From Candidatus Lindowbacteria bacterium RIFCSPLOWO2_12_FULL_62_27 (GTDB lineage Bacteria; Lindowbacteria; 2-12-FULL-62-27): a stretch of 64,000 nucleotides of DNA. The position numbers and the translations under genes were made by a program. The first letter of the stretch is position 1; every line of letters starts with the position of its first letter. The notes under the pieces were generated by a model that did not search any database, was not told where the DNA came from, and saw nothing but the letters and a program-made list of their open reading frames with translations. Positions 26,953 to 37,104 of this stretch are shown in pieces. The stretch spans positions 1 through 64,000 of the forward strand of contig MFPR01000030.1 of the NCBI GenBank assembly GCA_001784175.1, given 5' to 3'.

Positions 26953-28198
26953 GTCGTTCCCTCCGCACCGGGCGATCCGGCCCCGCCAGGGGGCCGGCCG
27001 AGTCGACAAGCACTTTGAGCGTCCCGTCCGATACCCGGACCGAGAGCCGGTCGCCGGCGGAAACCTGGGACACCCTGCGGACCACCGATCCCGACGCGTC
27101 GGTCAGCAGGGCGTATCCCCGCTCAAGGACCGCCGTGGGCGACAGGGCCGCGACGCGGACGCGGACGGTTTCGAGCGCCTGCCGCGCCTGAATCACGCGG
27201 CGTTCGAAATTTCGCGCGAGGTCCACTTTCAGATCATCAAGCCTCTGCCAGCGGGTCTCGAGGAGGCTTTTGGGTTCCTTCCACCAGCGGGATTTTCTTA
27301 TCAAATCGAGGCGCCCGGCGGCAAGCGCGAATTTTTGTTTGAGTTCGCGCGCGAGGCTGCGCCGCCGTGAGGCGAGATCCGCCGCGACCGTGTCGATTTC
27401 CGGGAACACGATCTCGGCCGCGTTGGAGGGCGTCGCGGCGCGGACATCGGCGACGAGATCGAGCAGGGTCACATCCTTTTCGTGGCCGACGGCCGACACG
27501 ACCGGGACCGGGCAGGCCGCGGCGGCTTTGCAGACCACCTCCTCGTTGAAGGCCCACAAATCCTCGATCGATCCGCCGCCCCGGCCGACGATCAGGACAT
27601 CGCACAGTCCCCAGCGGCCCATGCGTCGAATGGCCTCGGCGATTTCGGGCGCAGCCTTCGCGCCCTCGACCGGGACCGGATGGACTAAGACACACGCGCC
27701 GGGCCAGCGGCGGAGACCCACTTTGAATATGTCGCGGATGGCCGCGCCTTCCGTGGAGGTGATGACGCCGATGCGCCGGGGAAAAAACGGGAGCGGGCGT
27801 TTTCTCGCGGGGTCGAACAATCCGAGGGCCGCGAGCTTCTTCTTGAGCTGTTCGAGCGCCACCGCAAGCGCGCCGGCGCCCTGGGGCAGGAGCCGGGAGA
27901 CCTTGAGCTGATACTCGCCCTTGGCCTGATAGACATCCAATTTGCCGACCGACACCACCTGCATGCCGTTTTCGGGCACAAAGGTGAGCGATTCATTGTC
28001 GCTGCGGAAAAAGACGCACCGGATCGCGGCGCCGGCGTCCTTGAGGGAAAAATACATGTGTCCGGAGGCCGGATAGTGGGAAAAATTCGAGATTTCGCCC
28101 GACACCGCGACTTCGTCGAATCCGCCGAGGATCAGCCGCCGGATCTCGACGGTCAGCTCAGAGACGGTGTAGATGCGCGAGCCGGAAGGATCGGGCAT
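26939..28198 (-). CDS. xseA: Exodeoxyribonuclease VII large subunit
   Basis: GEISN...SGHMYFSLKD, RGGGSIEDLWAFN, SAVGHE.D, TPSNAAE. Confidence 0.95.
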   Translation of the reverse strand: MPDPSGSRIYTVSELTVEIRRLILGGFDEVAVSGEISNFSHYPASGHMYFSLKDAGAAIRCVFFRSDNESLTFVPENGMQVVSVGKLDVYQAKGEYQLKVSRLLPQGAGALAVALEQLKKKLAALGLFDPARKRPLPFFPRRIGVITSTEGAAIRDIFKVGLRRWPGACVLVHPVPVEGAKAAPEIAEAIRRMGRWGLCDVLIVGRGGGSIEDLWAFNEEVVCKAAAACPVPVVSAVGHEKDVTLLDLVADVRAATPSNAAEIVFPEIDTVAADLASRRRSLARELKQKFALAAGRLDLIRKSRWWKEPKSLLETRWQRLDDLKVDLARNFERRVIQARQALETVRVRVAALSPTAVLERGYALLTDASGSVVRRVSQVSAGDRLSVRVSDGTLKVLVDSAGPLAGPDRPVRRERHVRT

Positions 28199-29057
28199 GG
28201 CGAGGTGTGAGATGAATTGACGCCGACACAACCGTGTTGGCGAGAAGCTGTGCGACCGTTTCGGGGCCGACGCCGCCGGGCACCGGCGACAGGGCCGACG
28301 CGACCTTGCGGACGGACGGCGCGACGTCACCGGAAAAAACTTTCCGGCCGTCCTTTGACTGATCCACATGGATGCCGACGTCGACCACGACGGCGCCCGG
28401 GCGGACGTACCGGGCCGAAAGGAGGTGTTTGCGGCCCGCGGCGGCGACGAGGATGTCCGCGCGCCGGGTGACTTCGGCCAAGCGACGCGTCCGGGAATGG
28501 CACACGGTCACCGTCGCGTGGCGGTTGATCAGAAGGAACGCGAGGGGCCGGCCGACGAGCCGGCTGCGGCCGACCACGACCACTTCGCGGCCCTCGATCG
28601 GAACCTTGTAGAAGTCCAAAAGGTGGATGACGCCTTTCGGCGTGCATGGCACGAATCGGGGCCGGCTGGCGGCAAGCCGCCCGAGATTTTCGGGATGGAG
28701 GCCATCGACGTCCTTGAGCGGCGATATCCGCTCCAGCGCTTTTTCCTCGTCGAGATGGTCCGGAAGCGGAAGCTGGAGGAGGATGCCGTGGACGCTGCGC
28801 TGCCGGTTCAGTTTATCAATGAGCGTTTCCAGCGCGCCCTGCGTGGTCCGGCCGGGCAGTCGATACATCTTGGAGACAATGCCGCAGGCTTCGGCGGACC
28901 GGCGCTTGTTGGCGACATAGGATTCGGACGCCGGGTTGTGCCCGACGAGAATGGCCGCAAGGCAAGGCCGCACGCCGCGGCGCCGGAGGGCGCGCGCGGC
29001 CTCAGCCGTGTTTTTACGCATGTCGTCCGACGACCGGCGGCCGTCGAGAATTTTCAA
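28158..29057 (-). CDS. folD: Methylenetetrahydrofolate dehydrogenase/cyclohydrolase
   Basis: QLPLP, KDVDG, PCTP.G, PVPGGVGP. Confidence 0.95.
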   Translation of the reverse strand: MKILDGRRSSDDMRKNTAEAARALRRRGVRPCLAAILVGHNPASESYVANKRRSAEACGIVSKMYRLPGRTTQGALETLIDKLNRQRSVHGILLQLPLPDHLDEEKALERISPLKDVDGLHPENLGRLAASRPRFVPCTPKGVIHLLDFYKVPIEGREVVVVGRSRLVGRPLAFLLINRHATVTVCHSRTRRLAEVTRRADILVAAAGRKHLLSARYVRPGAVVVDVGIHVDQSKDGRKVFSGDVAPSVRKVASALSPVPGGVGPETVAQLLANTVVSASIHLTPRHARSFRLAHLHRL

Positions 29058-29058
29058 G

Positions 29059-29322
29059 TTACTTCTCCGCGCGGACGATCAGCTTGATCGCCGTTTTTTC
29101 TTTTCCGTCAATGTTCAGGTCCACAAAGGCCGGGATGGTCACCAGATCAATTCCGTTGGCCGCGACGTATCCGCGGGCGATCGCGATGGCCTTGACCGCC
29201 TGGTTGACCGCGGCGGCGCCGATCGCCTGGAGTTCCACGCGGCCGTCCTCCTTCAAAAATCCCGCAATCGCTCCGGCCACACTGGGTGCGTTCGATTTCG
29301 AGGATACTTTCAACAGAGACAT
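29059..29322 (-). CDS. spoVS: Stage V sporulation protein S family
   Basis: LKVSSKS...VAGAIAG...AIGAAAVNQAVKAIAIARG. Confidence 0.95.
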   Translation of the reverse strand: MSLLKVSSKSNAPSVAGAIAGFLKEDGRVELQAIGAAAVNQAVKAIAIARGYVAANGIDLVTIPAFVDLNIDGKEKTAIKLIVRAEK

Positions 29323-29384
29323 GCGACTTCACCTCCCGGAACGGCCGCGCTCACCCGCGACCGCTCGTTCTTCTGTTACCGCAT

Positions 29385-30194
29385 CTAAGACCGTACGTCG
29401 CCGCCGTACGGGTGGCGTTCCTGTATTCTCCGTATGCTTGTCGCGCGGCCGGCCGGATCGACTTCGATCACGGCGCCGCACAGGATCACTTCGCCGGATT
29501 TCGGTACTTCAAATTTGACCGGGACCTGCGTCAGAAACCTTTCCAAGATCGGCGCGATCTCGACGCCGATCACTGACTGCGCCACGCCCACCATGCCCGC
29601 GTCGGTCAGGTAGGCGGTTCCGCCCGGCAAAATCTCCTCGTCGGCCGTCTGAATATGCGTGTGCGTGCCGACCACGACGGAGACATGCCCGTCGAGGAAA
29701 TGTCCCATGGCCCGTTTTTCGCTCGTGGCCTCCGCGTGCATGTCGACGAAAATGACGGTGGCGCCCTTCGATTTCAGCTCATGCACGGCCCGCCGGCCAG
29801 CCTGGAACGGGCAATCAATCGGGTCCATGAAAATCCGGCCCTGCAGATTCACCACGCCGAGTTTGACGGCGCCGACCTGATAGACCCTGTATCCGCATCC
29901 CGGCGCGGCGTCCGGATAATTGGCCGGCCGAAGAATCCTCGGCTCGTCGGTCCGCGCCAGGTAGTCGACGAATTCCTTTTTCTTCCAGACGTGGTTCCCG
30001 CTCGTCAATGCGTCCACGCCGGCCCGGAACATCTCTTCGGCCTTTTCCATCGTGATGCCAACGCCCGAGGCGAGGTTTTCGCCGTTGGCGATGACGAAAT
30101 CGAGTTTCAATTCCTGCCGGAGCATCGGCACCCGGCGGGCCACGACGGCGCGGCCGGGCCGGCCAACGACATCGCCCAAGAATAATATTTTCAC
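29385..30194 (-). CDS. ymdB: YmdB-family metallophosphoesterase
   Basis: GDVVGRPG, NGEN, GNH, HAEATSEK, GTHTH. Confidence 0.95.
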   Translation of the reverse strand: MKILFLGDVVGRPGRAVVARRVPMLRQELKLDFVIANGENLASGVGITMEKAEEMFRAGVDALTSGNHVWKKKEFVDYLARTDEPRILRPANYPDAAPGCGYRVYQVGAVKLGVVNLQGRIFMDPIDCPFQAGRRAVHELKSKGATVIFVDMHAEATSEKRAMGHFLDGHVSVVVGTHTHIQTADEEILPGGTAYLTDAGMVGVAQSVIGVEIAPILERFLTQVPVKFEVPKSGEVILCGAVIEVDPAGRATSIRRIQERHPYGGDVRS

Positions 30195-30204
30195 CGTTCG
30201 TCCC

Positions 30205-31767
30205 TCAGCGCGCGTACTCGATGATCCGGGACTCCCGGATGCAGATGACCTTGATCTGGCCCGGGTAATCGATCGTTTTCTCGATCCGCTGCGCCATGCT
30301 GCGCGCGATTTCCTCCATTTGCGCGTCCGTCACGTGCTCGCTGCGGAGAATGGCGCGGATTTCGCGGCCGGCCTGGATCGCATAGGCTTTTTCGACGCTG
30401 GGAAACTCCCGCGCGATTTGTTCCAGGGATTCCAAACGCTTGATGTAGGACTCGACATTTTCCTGCCGGGCGCCGGGCCGGGCGGCGCTGATGGCGTCGG
30501 CGGCGGCGATGAGGACGCTTTCGATGGTGGTGGCGTCGCATTCCCCGTGGTGGGCCGCGATGCCGTTGGTGACGGGGCCGGTTTCTCCGTGCTTGGCCGC
30601 GAATTCCGCTCCGACGACGGCGTGCGGCCCCTCGGCTTCCTGGGTGAGGACCTTGCCGAGATCGTGCAAGAGGCCGATGCGCCGGACCATCTTGACGTTG
30701 GCGCCGACCTCGGCGGCCATGACCGACGCGAGATACGCGACCTCCTTGGAGTGCTCGAGGACGTTCTGGCCGTAACTGGTCCTGAAATGGAGCCGGCCGA
30801 TCATGCGGACTTCCTCCTCGGGAACGTCGGTGACGCCGAGTTCATAGAGGGCGCGCTCGCCGATTTCAAGCAACCGGGCATGCATCTCCTCCTCGACCTT
30901 TTTGAGAATCTCCTCGATCCGCGCCGGATGGATCCGGCCGTCGGCGATCAGCCGCTCCAGCGCCAGCTTGGCGACCTCGCGGCGGTAGGGATCGAAGGAC
31001 GAGAGGACGACGGTTTCGGGCGTGTCGTCGATGATGATGTCGACGCCGGTCAGCTTCTCGAACTCCCGGATGTTCCGCCCCTCCCGGCCGATGATCCGGC
31101 CTTTCATTTCGTCGCTGGGCAGCGTGACCACCGAGATGGTGTATTCCTGCGTGACATTGGACGCGAGCCGCTGGATCGCGGTGGTCACCACGGTCTGGGC
31201 CTTGCGCTCCGCCAGCCGCTTGGCCTCGGATTCGATCTTCTTCACGTACCGGGCGGCGTCGAGCCTGGCCTCGGCCGTCATTCTTTCAACCAGCAGGTCC
31301 CGCGCTTCCTGCGCGGTGATGTGAGAAATGCGCTCAAGCTCGCGGACGGCGCGGTCGTGGTCGTCCTTCAGTTTCTGCTCGTCCGACCGCTGGCGTTCGA
31401 CGCGGCGGGCAAAGTCCTCGTCCCTGGCGCGAAGCTCCGCCTCGCGCTTGTCGAGAAACTCCTCCCGGCGAAGGACCTGGTGTTCGATTTCCTGAATCCG
31501 CATCCGCTCGCCCGCGCCGGCCTGTTCCAGTTCCTCGCGTTCGGACTGGAGAACCTCGCGCCCTTCGAGCAGCTTTTCCTTTTTCAATTCCTCGGCCTGC
31601 GCGCCGGCTTTGATCAGAATCTGTTGCGCGCGGTCTTCCGCGGATTTTAAATGCTTGTTTTCAATCCATCGCCGGACAAAATAACCAAACCAGATTCCCA
31701 ATCCCCATCCCACCAACAAAATGAGAAGGGGGGGAAGATTGAATGCGTTTGTCACCATACCACCCAA
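30205..31767 (-). CDS. rny: Ribonuclease Y
   Basis: N-terminal TM and coiled coil, KH (KGRIIGREGRNI), HD (LLHDLGK), SAARPGAR. Confidence 0.96.
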   Translation of the reverse strand: MGGMVTNAFNLPPLLILLVGWGLGIWFGYFVRRWIENKHLKSAEDRAQQILIKAGAQAEELKKEKLLEGREVLQSEREELEQAGAGERMRIQEIEHQVLRREEFLDKREAELRARDEDFARRVERQRSDEQKLKDDHDRAVRELERISHITAQEARDLLVERMTAEARLDAARYVKKIESEAKRLAERKAQTVVTTAIQRLASNVTQEYTISVVTLPSDEMKGRIIGREGRNIREFEKLTGVDIIIDDTPETVVLSSFDPYRREVAKLALERLIADGRIHPARIEEILKKVEEEMHARLLEIGERALYELGVTDVPEEEVRMIGRLHFRTSYGQNVLEHSKEVAYLASVMAAEVGANVKMVRRIGLLHDLGKVLTQEAEGPHAVVGAEFAAKHGETGPVTNGIAAHHGECDATTIESVLIAAADAISAARPGARQENVESYIKRLESLEQIAREFPSVEKAYAIQAGREIRAILRSEHVTDAQMEEIARSMAQRIEKTIDYPGQIKVICIRESRIIEYAR

Positions 31768-31810
31768 GGGCCTGTCTACATGAGAAGGGAGGGAGTGTCA
31801 ACGAAAAAGG

Positions 31811-31981
31811 TCAGGCTTTGCCCTTTGAGGCGAGGACGCCGAGGTAGAAGAGCGCGGCGCCGGCGGCGAGCATGGCGAGTTCTGTTTTGGCGGTGATTTT
31901 GCCCATGAGGGCCCAGAGGAGGACGGAGGGGAGGAGGATGAGGCCGGTGATTTGAAGGAAAAGGCCGAGCGCGCGCCTCAC
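31811..31981 (-). CDS. Small two-TM membrane protein (~56 aa)
   Basis: GTG overlapping the pcrA stop; hydrophobic LGLFLQITGLILLPSVLLWAL...LAAGAALFYLGVL. Confidence 0.5.
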   Translation of the reverse strand: MRRALGLFLQITGLILLPSVLLWALMGKITAKTELAMLAAGAALFYLGVLASKGKA

Positions 31982-34200
31982 GAAAGACGCGTGAGTTTGG
32001 CGTGGGCCAGTTTGAGGCGTTTTCGGCCGGCGCGGTCGAACTTGACGGTGGCCGTGGCGTCCTCCGCATGGCCCGAGATCCGCAGGAGCATGCCCTCGCC
32101 GAAATGCGGATGGGCGATGCGGTCGCCCGGGGCGACGCCGAACGCCGCCTGGTCGTCGTCCAAGGGGACGCGAACGATGGTGTCGTCGTTCAGGCTCACG
32201 CGCTCCGGCGCCTCCCGGCGGCGGAAGCTGCGGTATGCGGCGGTATCGACCACCTGAAACCGGGCCTCCTCGAGGACGCCGGCCTCTTCGAGGAACCGGG
32301 ACGGCCGGATGTCGTCCCGGGTTTCGCCGTAGATGCGGCGGCTGTAGGCGTGGGACAGGAACAGTTTTCGTTTTGCGCGTGTGATGCCGACGTAGCAGAG
32401 CCGCCGCTCCTCCTCCAGCTCGGCGTCCGACTCGAAGGCCGACGCGTGCGGGAGACTGCCCTCCTCGAGACCGATCAGAAACACGGCGGAGAACTCCTGG
32501 CCCTTCGCCGCGTGCAGCGTCATGAGCGAGACGCGGTCCGCCGAAGAATCGGCACGGTCCGCGTCCGTCAGGAGAGACAGCTCCTCGATGAAGGCAACGA
32601 GCGGCGGCTGACCCTCCGCCATTCCGACGCGGTTTGCGAACTCCTGGGCAACGGTGTAGAGTTCCTGGACGTTGGCGGCGCGCTCCTCGAATCCGGGCGG
32701 GTCGGTTTTTTCCAAGTAATCGAAATAATTTGTCACCGCAACGGTCCGCCGGAGCGTCTCCTCGATCGTTCGGTCGGCGGCGTCCCGGCGAAGCTCCTGC
32801 AGGAGATGGGCCAGATCGGCCAGACGCTTTTTGACCATGGCCGACGCCCCCACCTGATCGAGACGGTTCAGCATGTCGGCCTGCGAAACGCCCGCGGCCC
32901 GCGCGCATTCGGCGAGCGCCGCCGCCGAGGTGTCTCCAATGCCGCGTTTGGGAACGTTCAGGATGCGCTCAAGGGCAGCGTCGTCCGCGGGGTTGGCGAT
33001 CACGCGGAGGTACGCGAGAAGGTCCTTGACCTCGCGACGCTCATAGAACCCGACGCCGCTCACTACCACATATGGAATGCCGCGCGCCAGGAATTCCTCC
33101 TCGATGAGCCGCGACTGCGCCGACATGCGGAAAAAGACGGCCATCTGGTTGTACGGGAGATCAGATTCCAAGTCGCGGACCCGGCCTGACACGAAGGAGG
33201 CCTCGTCGTATCCGTCCGCGGCCGCATAGACGGTGGGGGCATCGCCCGGCCCGAGGTGGGTGACGAGGCGCTTGTCGGCGCGGTCCCGGTTGTTGCGGAT
33301 GACGCGGTAGGCGAGGTCGAGAATGCCCTGGGTGGACCGGTAATTCTGTTCCAGTTTCACGACGCGCGCGGCGGGGAAATCCTTTTCGAACGACAGGATG
33401 TTTCGGACGTCTGCGCCCCGCCATGAATAGATGGCCTGGTCGTCGTCGCCGACGACGCAGAGGTTGCCGTGGGCCGCGAGGCTCCGGAGGAGCCTGTACT
33501 GCGCGAGGTTCGTGTCCTGATACTCGTCGACGAGGACGTAGGAGAATTTTTCCTGCAAGTGCTTGCGAACCGGTTCGGCCGATTCGAGGAGCCGTACCGC
33601 GAAGACGAGGAGGTCGGTAAAATCAAGCGCGCCGGCCGCGCGGAGGCGGCGTTCGTACTCGACAAAAATCCCCGCTGTTTTTTCCTCGACCGGCCCCTCG
33701 GCGGCGGCCTCGATGTCCTGCGGCCCGCGCAGATCATTCTTGGCGCGGTCGATGATCGCGGCAATGGCGGCGGGGCGGTAGATGGACGACTCAAGGTTCA
33801 TCGATTTCAGGATCTGTCGGATCACGTGCAGCGAGTCGGCGTCGTCGTAAATGGTGAACCGCTTCGGGATGCCGACCGCCTCGCCATGCCGGCGCAAGAG
33901 CCAGGCGCAGAACCGGTGAAAGGTCGCGAAGAAAACCCGCCCGGCCGCCGCCGCGTGGCTGGACCCTTCGGCGAGGCCAACCAATCGCTCCCGCATCACG
34001 CCGGCGGCCTTGTTGGTGAATGTGACGGCCAGGATATTCTCCGGCGGGATGCCGATGTCGTAGATGAGGTGCGCGATCCGGTGGGTGATGACGCGGGTCT
34101 TGCCGGTGCCGGCGCCGGCGAAAATGAGGAGCGGCCCGTCGATGCAGGCCGCCGCCTCGCGCTGGGCCGGGTTGAGATCGTCGAGGATGCGGGATTCCAT
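31978..34200 (-). CDS. pcrA: PcrA/UvrD DNA helicase
   Basis: AGAGTGKT, TFTNKAA, DEYQD, QNYRS, TLHAAKG, EERRLCYV.ITRA. Confidence 0.95.
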   Translation of the reverse strand: MESRILDDLNPAQREAAACIDGPLLIFAGAGTGKTRVITHRIAHLIYDIGIPPENILAVTFTNKAAGVMRERLVGLAEGSSHAAAAGRVFFATFHRFCAWLLRRHGEAVGIPKRFTIYDDADSLHVIRQILKSMNLESSIYRPAAIAAIIDRAKNDLRGPQDIEAAAEGPVEEKTAGIFVEYERRLRAAGALDFTDLLVFAVRLLESAEPVRKHLQEKFSYVLVDEYQDTNLAQYRLLRSLAAHGNLCVVGDDDQAIYSWRGADVRNILSFEKDFPAARVVKLEQNYRSTQGILDLAYRVIRNNRDRADKRLVTHLGPGDAPTVYAAADGYDEASFVSGRVRDLESDLPYNQMAVFFRMSAQSRLIEEEFLARGIPYVVVSGVGFYERREVKDLLAYLRVIANPADDAALERILNVPKRGIGDTSAAALAECARAAGVSQADMLNRLDQVGASAMVKKRLADLAHLLQELRRDAADRTIEETLRRTVAVTNYFDYLEKTDPPGFEERAANVQELYTVAQEFANRVGMAEGQPPLVAFIEELSLLTDADRADSSADRVSLMTLHAAKGQEFSAVFLIGLEEGSLPHASAFESDAELEEERRLCYVGITRAKRKLFLSHAYSRRIYGETRDDIRPSRFLEEAGVLEEARFQVVDTAAYRSFRRREAPERVSLNDDTIVRVPLDDDQAAFGVAPGDRIAHPHFGEGMLLRISGHAEDATATVKFDRAGRKRLKLAHAKLTRLS

Positions 34201-34210
34201 CAGGATTCCG

Positions 34211-35536
34211 TCACAAAAGCTGCGCCGCGAGTTCCGCAAGTTCCGACCGCTCGCCCTTGGTGAAGAGGACGTGGCCGTAGACGCCCTGGCCCTTCATGCG
34301 CTCCACCATGAGCGCGAGGCCGTTGGAGGTCGCGTCGAGATAGGGGTTGTCGATCTGGGCGAGGTCTCCCGTAAATATGATTTTGGTGCCCTGGCCGGCA
34401 CGCGTGATGATGGTCTTGACCTCGTGCATCGTGAGGTTCTGCGCCTCGTCGACGATGATGAAGACGTTGGGGATGCTGCGGCCGCGGATGTAGGTGAGGG
34501 CCTGGATGTCGACGATGCCGCTGTCCATGAGTTCCTCGAGGTCCGACGCGCCGATGTCGTTGTGGGCGACGTTCGAAAAGAGAAAATCGAGGTTGTCCTG
34601 GATCGACTGCATCCTCGGCAGGAGCTTCTCCTCCAACTCGCCCGGCAGATACCCGATGTCGCGGCCGAGCGGGACCAGCGGTTTCATGACAAACAATTTC
34701 TGATATTTTTCCTCGCGAACGACCTTTTCCAGCCCGGCCGCCAGCGCGAGAAGCGTCTTGCCGGTGCCGGCCATGCCGACGAGACTGATCAGCGGAACGT
34801 CGTCGTCGAGGAGAACGTCGAGCCCGAATCGCTGCTCCCGGTTTTTCGGTTTGATGCCCCACAGCGAGGGGTTGTCAAGCCGGAGTTTCTGAACGCAGTT
34901 CTTCCGTGCGTTCACCCGGCCGAGGGCCGTGTGCGATGGGTTCGTGGCGTCGATCAACATGACGCACTCGTTGGCGCAAAGCGCCGGATCGACCGGAAAT
35001 TCGGCCAGGGGCAGCGACTGCTCCTTGTAGAAGCGGTCGACGTACCCGAACTTGACCGTCAGTTCCCTGTGTCCGCGGTAGAGGGCGTTGGGGTCGACCT
35101 TGTTTTTTTCGTAATCCTCCGCCGGTATCCCGAGGGCGTCGGCCTTCACGCGGAGATTCAAATCCTTGGACACGAGGACCACCGGCTCCGAGTATTTTTG
35201 CTTGTAATGGAGCGTCAGCGCGAGGATCCGGTTGTCGGCCTTGTCGTGCGCGAATCCTTCCGGCAGGGGCGCGAGGTCCATGTGATGAAGCTCGATGAGG
35301 ATTTTTCCGCCGCCCGGGAGGGGCACGCCCTCGGCGAGGCTGCCCTGCAGGCGGAGTTCGTCGAGGTAATTGGAGACGAGTCTGGAATTCCGGCCGACCT
35401 GGTCCTCTCGTTTTTTGAACGTGTCCAGCTCCTCGATCACAACAATCGGGAGGACCACGGTGTTGTCTTCGAAATCGAAGAGGGAGGTAGGCTCGTGGAG
35501 GAGAACGTTGGTGTCGAAGATAAAAAATTTTTTCAC
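34211..35536 (-). CDS. PIN-PhoH (PhoH2/YlaK-type) ATPase
   Basis: FDTNVLL PIN domain, G.AGTGKT, IGYLPG, RGRS, DEAQN. Confidence 0.93.
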   Translation of the reverse strand: MKKFFIFDTNVLLHEPTSLFDFEDNTVVLPIVVIEELDTFKKREDQVGRNSRLVSNYLDELRLQGSLAEGVPLPGGGKILIELHHMDLAPLPEGFAHDKADNRILALTLHYKQKYSEPVVLVSKDLNLRVKADALGIPAEDYEKNKVDPNALYRGHRELTVKFGYVDRFYKEQSLPLAEFPVDPALCANECVMLIDATNPSHTALGRVNARKNCVQKLRLDNPSLWGIKPKNREQRFGLDVLLDDDVPLISLVGMAGTGKTLLALAAGLEKVVREEKYQKLFVMKPLVPLGRDIGYLPGELEEKLLPRMQSIQDNLDFLFSNVAHNDIGASDLEELMDSGIVDIQALTYIRGRSIPNVFIIVDEAQNLTMHEVKTIITRAGQGTKIIFTGDLAQIDNPYLDATSNGLALMVERMKGQGVYGHVLFTKGERSELAELAAQLL

Positions 35537-35557
35537 GCGAGGATTACGGGGGAGGGA

Positions 35558-37093
35558 TCAGTGCCGGAAATGGCGGCGGCCGGAGAAGAAAAGGGTGACG
35601 TTCCGTTTCCGCGCGGCCGCGATCACGTCCGGGTCCCGCACCGACCCGCCAGGCTCGATGACGGCGGAGACGCCGGTTTTCGACAGAAGCTCGATCGAAT
35701 CGGAAAACGGGAAAAATCCGTCCGAGGCGCAGGCGGCGCCCTGGATCGAATGGCCGTACCGCCGGGCCTTGTCGACCGCGATGCGCACCGAGTCGACGCG
35801 GCTCTGCTGGCCGGCGCCGATGCCGACGGCCTGGCCGCGCCGCACGAGGACGATGGCGTTCGATTTGGTGTGCTTGGCCAGCCGCTGCGCGAGATCGAGG
35901 TCGAGGAGCGTCGCGCGCGCGGGTTTGCCGCCCGCCATGCGTTTCCACGCCGAAGGCCGCTTGAGGACCCGATCGATGTCCTGGACCAGAATGCCGCCCA
36001 GCGCGGACCGGATGTCGGCCACGCGGTCGCGCGAAAGGCCCGCGAGCCGCGTGGGCGTGAACCGGATCAGGCGGAGGCTCTTCTTGCACTCGAGGATTTT
36101 CCGCGCATGGGCGTCGTACCCGGGCGCCACGATGACTTCGAGGAACCGTTCCGCCAGTTCCCGCGCGGCCGCGCCGTTGACGCGGCGGTTGAAGAGGACC
36201 ACGCCGCCAAAGGCGCTCTGCGGGTCGCTGTTGAACGCGCGTCGAAACGCATCGGCGCTGTCCCGGCCGACGGCGGCGCCGCAGGGGTTGGTGTGCTTGA
36301 GGATCGCGCAGAACGTGCGGCGGGGCGCGTCGAGCCACAGCATGGCGGCGGCGTGAACATCGAGGAGGTTGCAATACGAGAGGGCCTTGCCCTGCAGGAC
36401 TTCGAAAGGAAGCTCTTCGGGAATCTGCAGGAAGAAGGAAGCCGACTGGTGCGGGTTTTCCCCGTATCGAAGCGGGAGGGCCTCCTCGGTGACCTGGAAA
36501 TTCCATTTCGGCATCCCGCCGTTGCCGAGCCGGCGGAGGCTGGCGTTCAGGATTCTGAGATCATACTGCGCGACGACGCCCCAGGCGTTGGCCGCGAGCC
36601 GGCGGCGGTATTCCGGCTCGTCCAGCTTGCCCGACAGGAGCCGCTGGACGAACTCGCCGTATTGGGCCGGGGCAACAATCGGGAGGACCGAGCCGTAGTT
36701 TTTCGCCGCCGCGCGGACCAGCGCGACGCCGCCGATGTCGATGCGCTCGGCCATTTCGGAATCCTGCATCGATTTCCTGTCGGGAAACTCGTAAAAGTTG
36801 GTGACGAGAATGTCCATCCGGGGGAATTTCAATTTTTCAAGCGCGCGATCGTCCTCCGGTCGCGCGAGGAGCCCGGCGAAGACCGCAGGGTGAAGCGTCT
36901 TGACGCGCCCGCCGAGGATTTCCGGGAACTTCGTCAGCGCGCTGATTTCACGCGCGCGGATGCCGCGCCCCCGCAGGAACCGGGAGGTTCCGCCCGTGGC
37001 GTAAATGGTCACGCCGTGTTGGGCCAAGATTTTGGCCAGCGGCACAAGTCCTTCCCGGTCGGTTACGGAAATGAGAGCGTTGCGAATGGCCAT
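35558..37093 (-). CDS. purH: Bifunctional AICAR transformylase/IMP cyclohydrolase
   Basis: GRVKTLHP, IDIGG, RYGENPHQ, KHTNPCG, ASDGFFPF. Confidence 0.96.
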   Translation of the reverse strand: MAIRNALISVTDREGLVPLAKILAQHGVTIYATGGTSRFLRGRGIRAREISALTKFPEILGGRVKTLHPAVFAGLLARPEDDRALEKLKFPRMDILVTNFYEFPDRKSMQDSEMAERIDIGGVALVRAAAKNYGSVLPIVAPAQYGEFVQRLLSGKLDEPEYRRRLAANAWGVVAQYDLRILNASLRRLGNGGMPKWNFQVTEEALPLRYGENPHQSASFFLQIPEELPFEVLQGKALSYCNLLDVHAAAMLWLDAPRRTFCAILKHTNPCGAAVGRDSADAFRRAFNSDPQSAFGGVVLFNRRVNGAAARELAERFLEVIVAPGYDAHARKILECKKSLRLIRFTPTRLAGLSRDRVADIRSALGGILVQDIDRVLKRPSAWKRMAGGKPARATLLDLDLAQRLAKHTKSNAIVLVRRGQAVGIGAGQQSRVDSVRIAVDKARRYGHSIQGAACASDGFFPFSDSIELLSKTGVSAVIEPGGSVRDPDVIAAARKRNVTLFFSGRRHFRH

Positions 37094-37104
37094 ACCGGAT
37101 TTTT

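Noticed and set aside
24160-28198. dxs absent from the xseAB-ispA-tlyA-nadK cluster
   Set aside because: Operon content varies widely; cannot be interpreted without the rest of the genome.
29059-29322. Sporulation capacity inferred from spoVS
   Set aside because: SpoVS occurs in non-sporulating bacteria; no other spo genes here.
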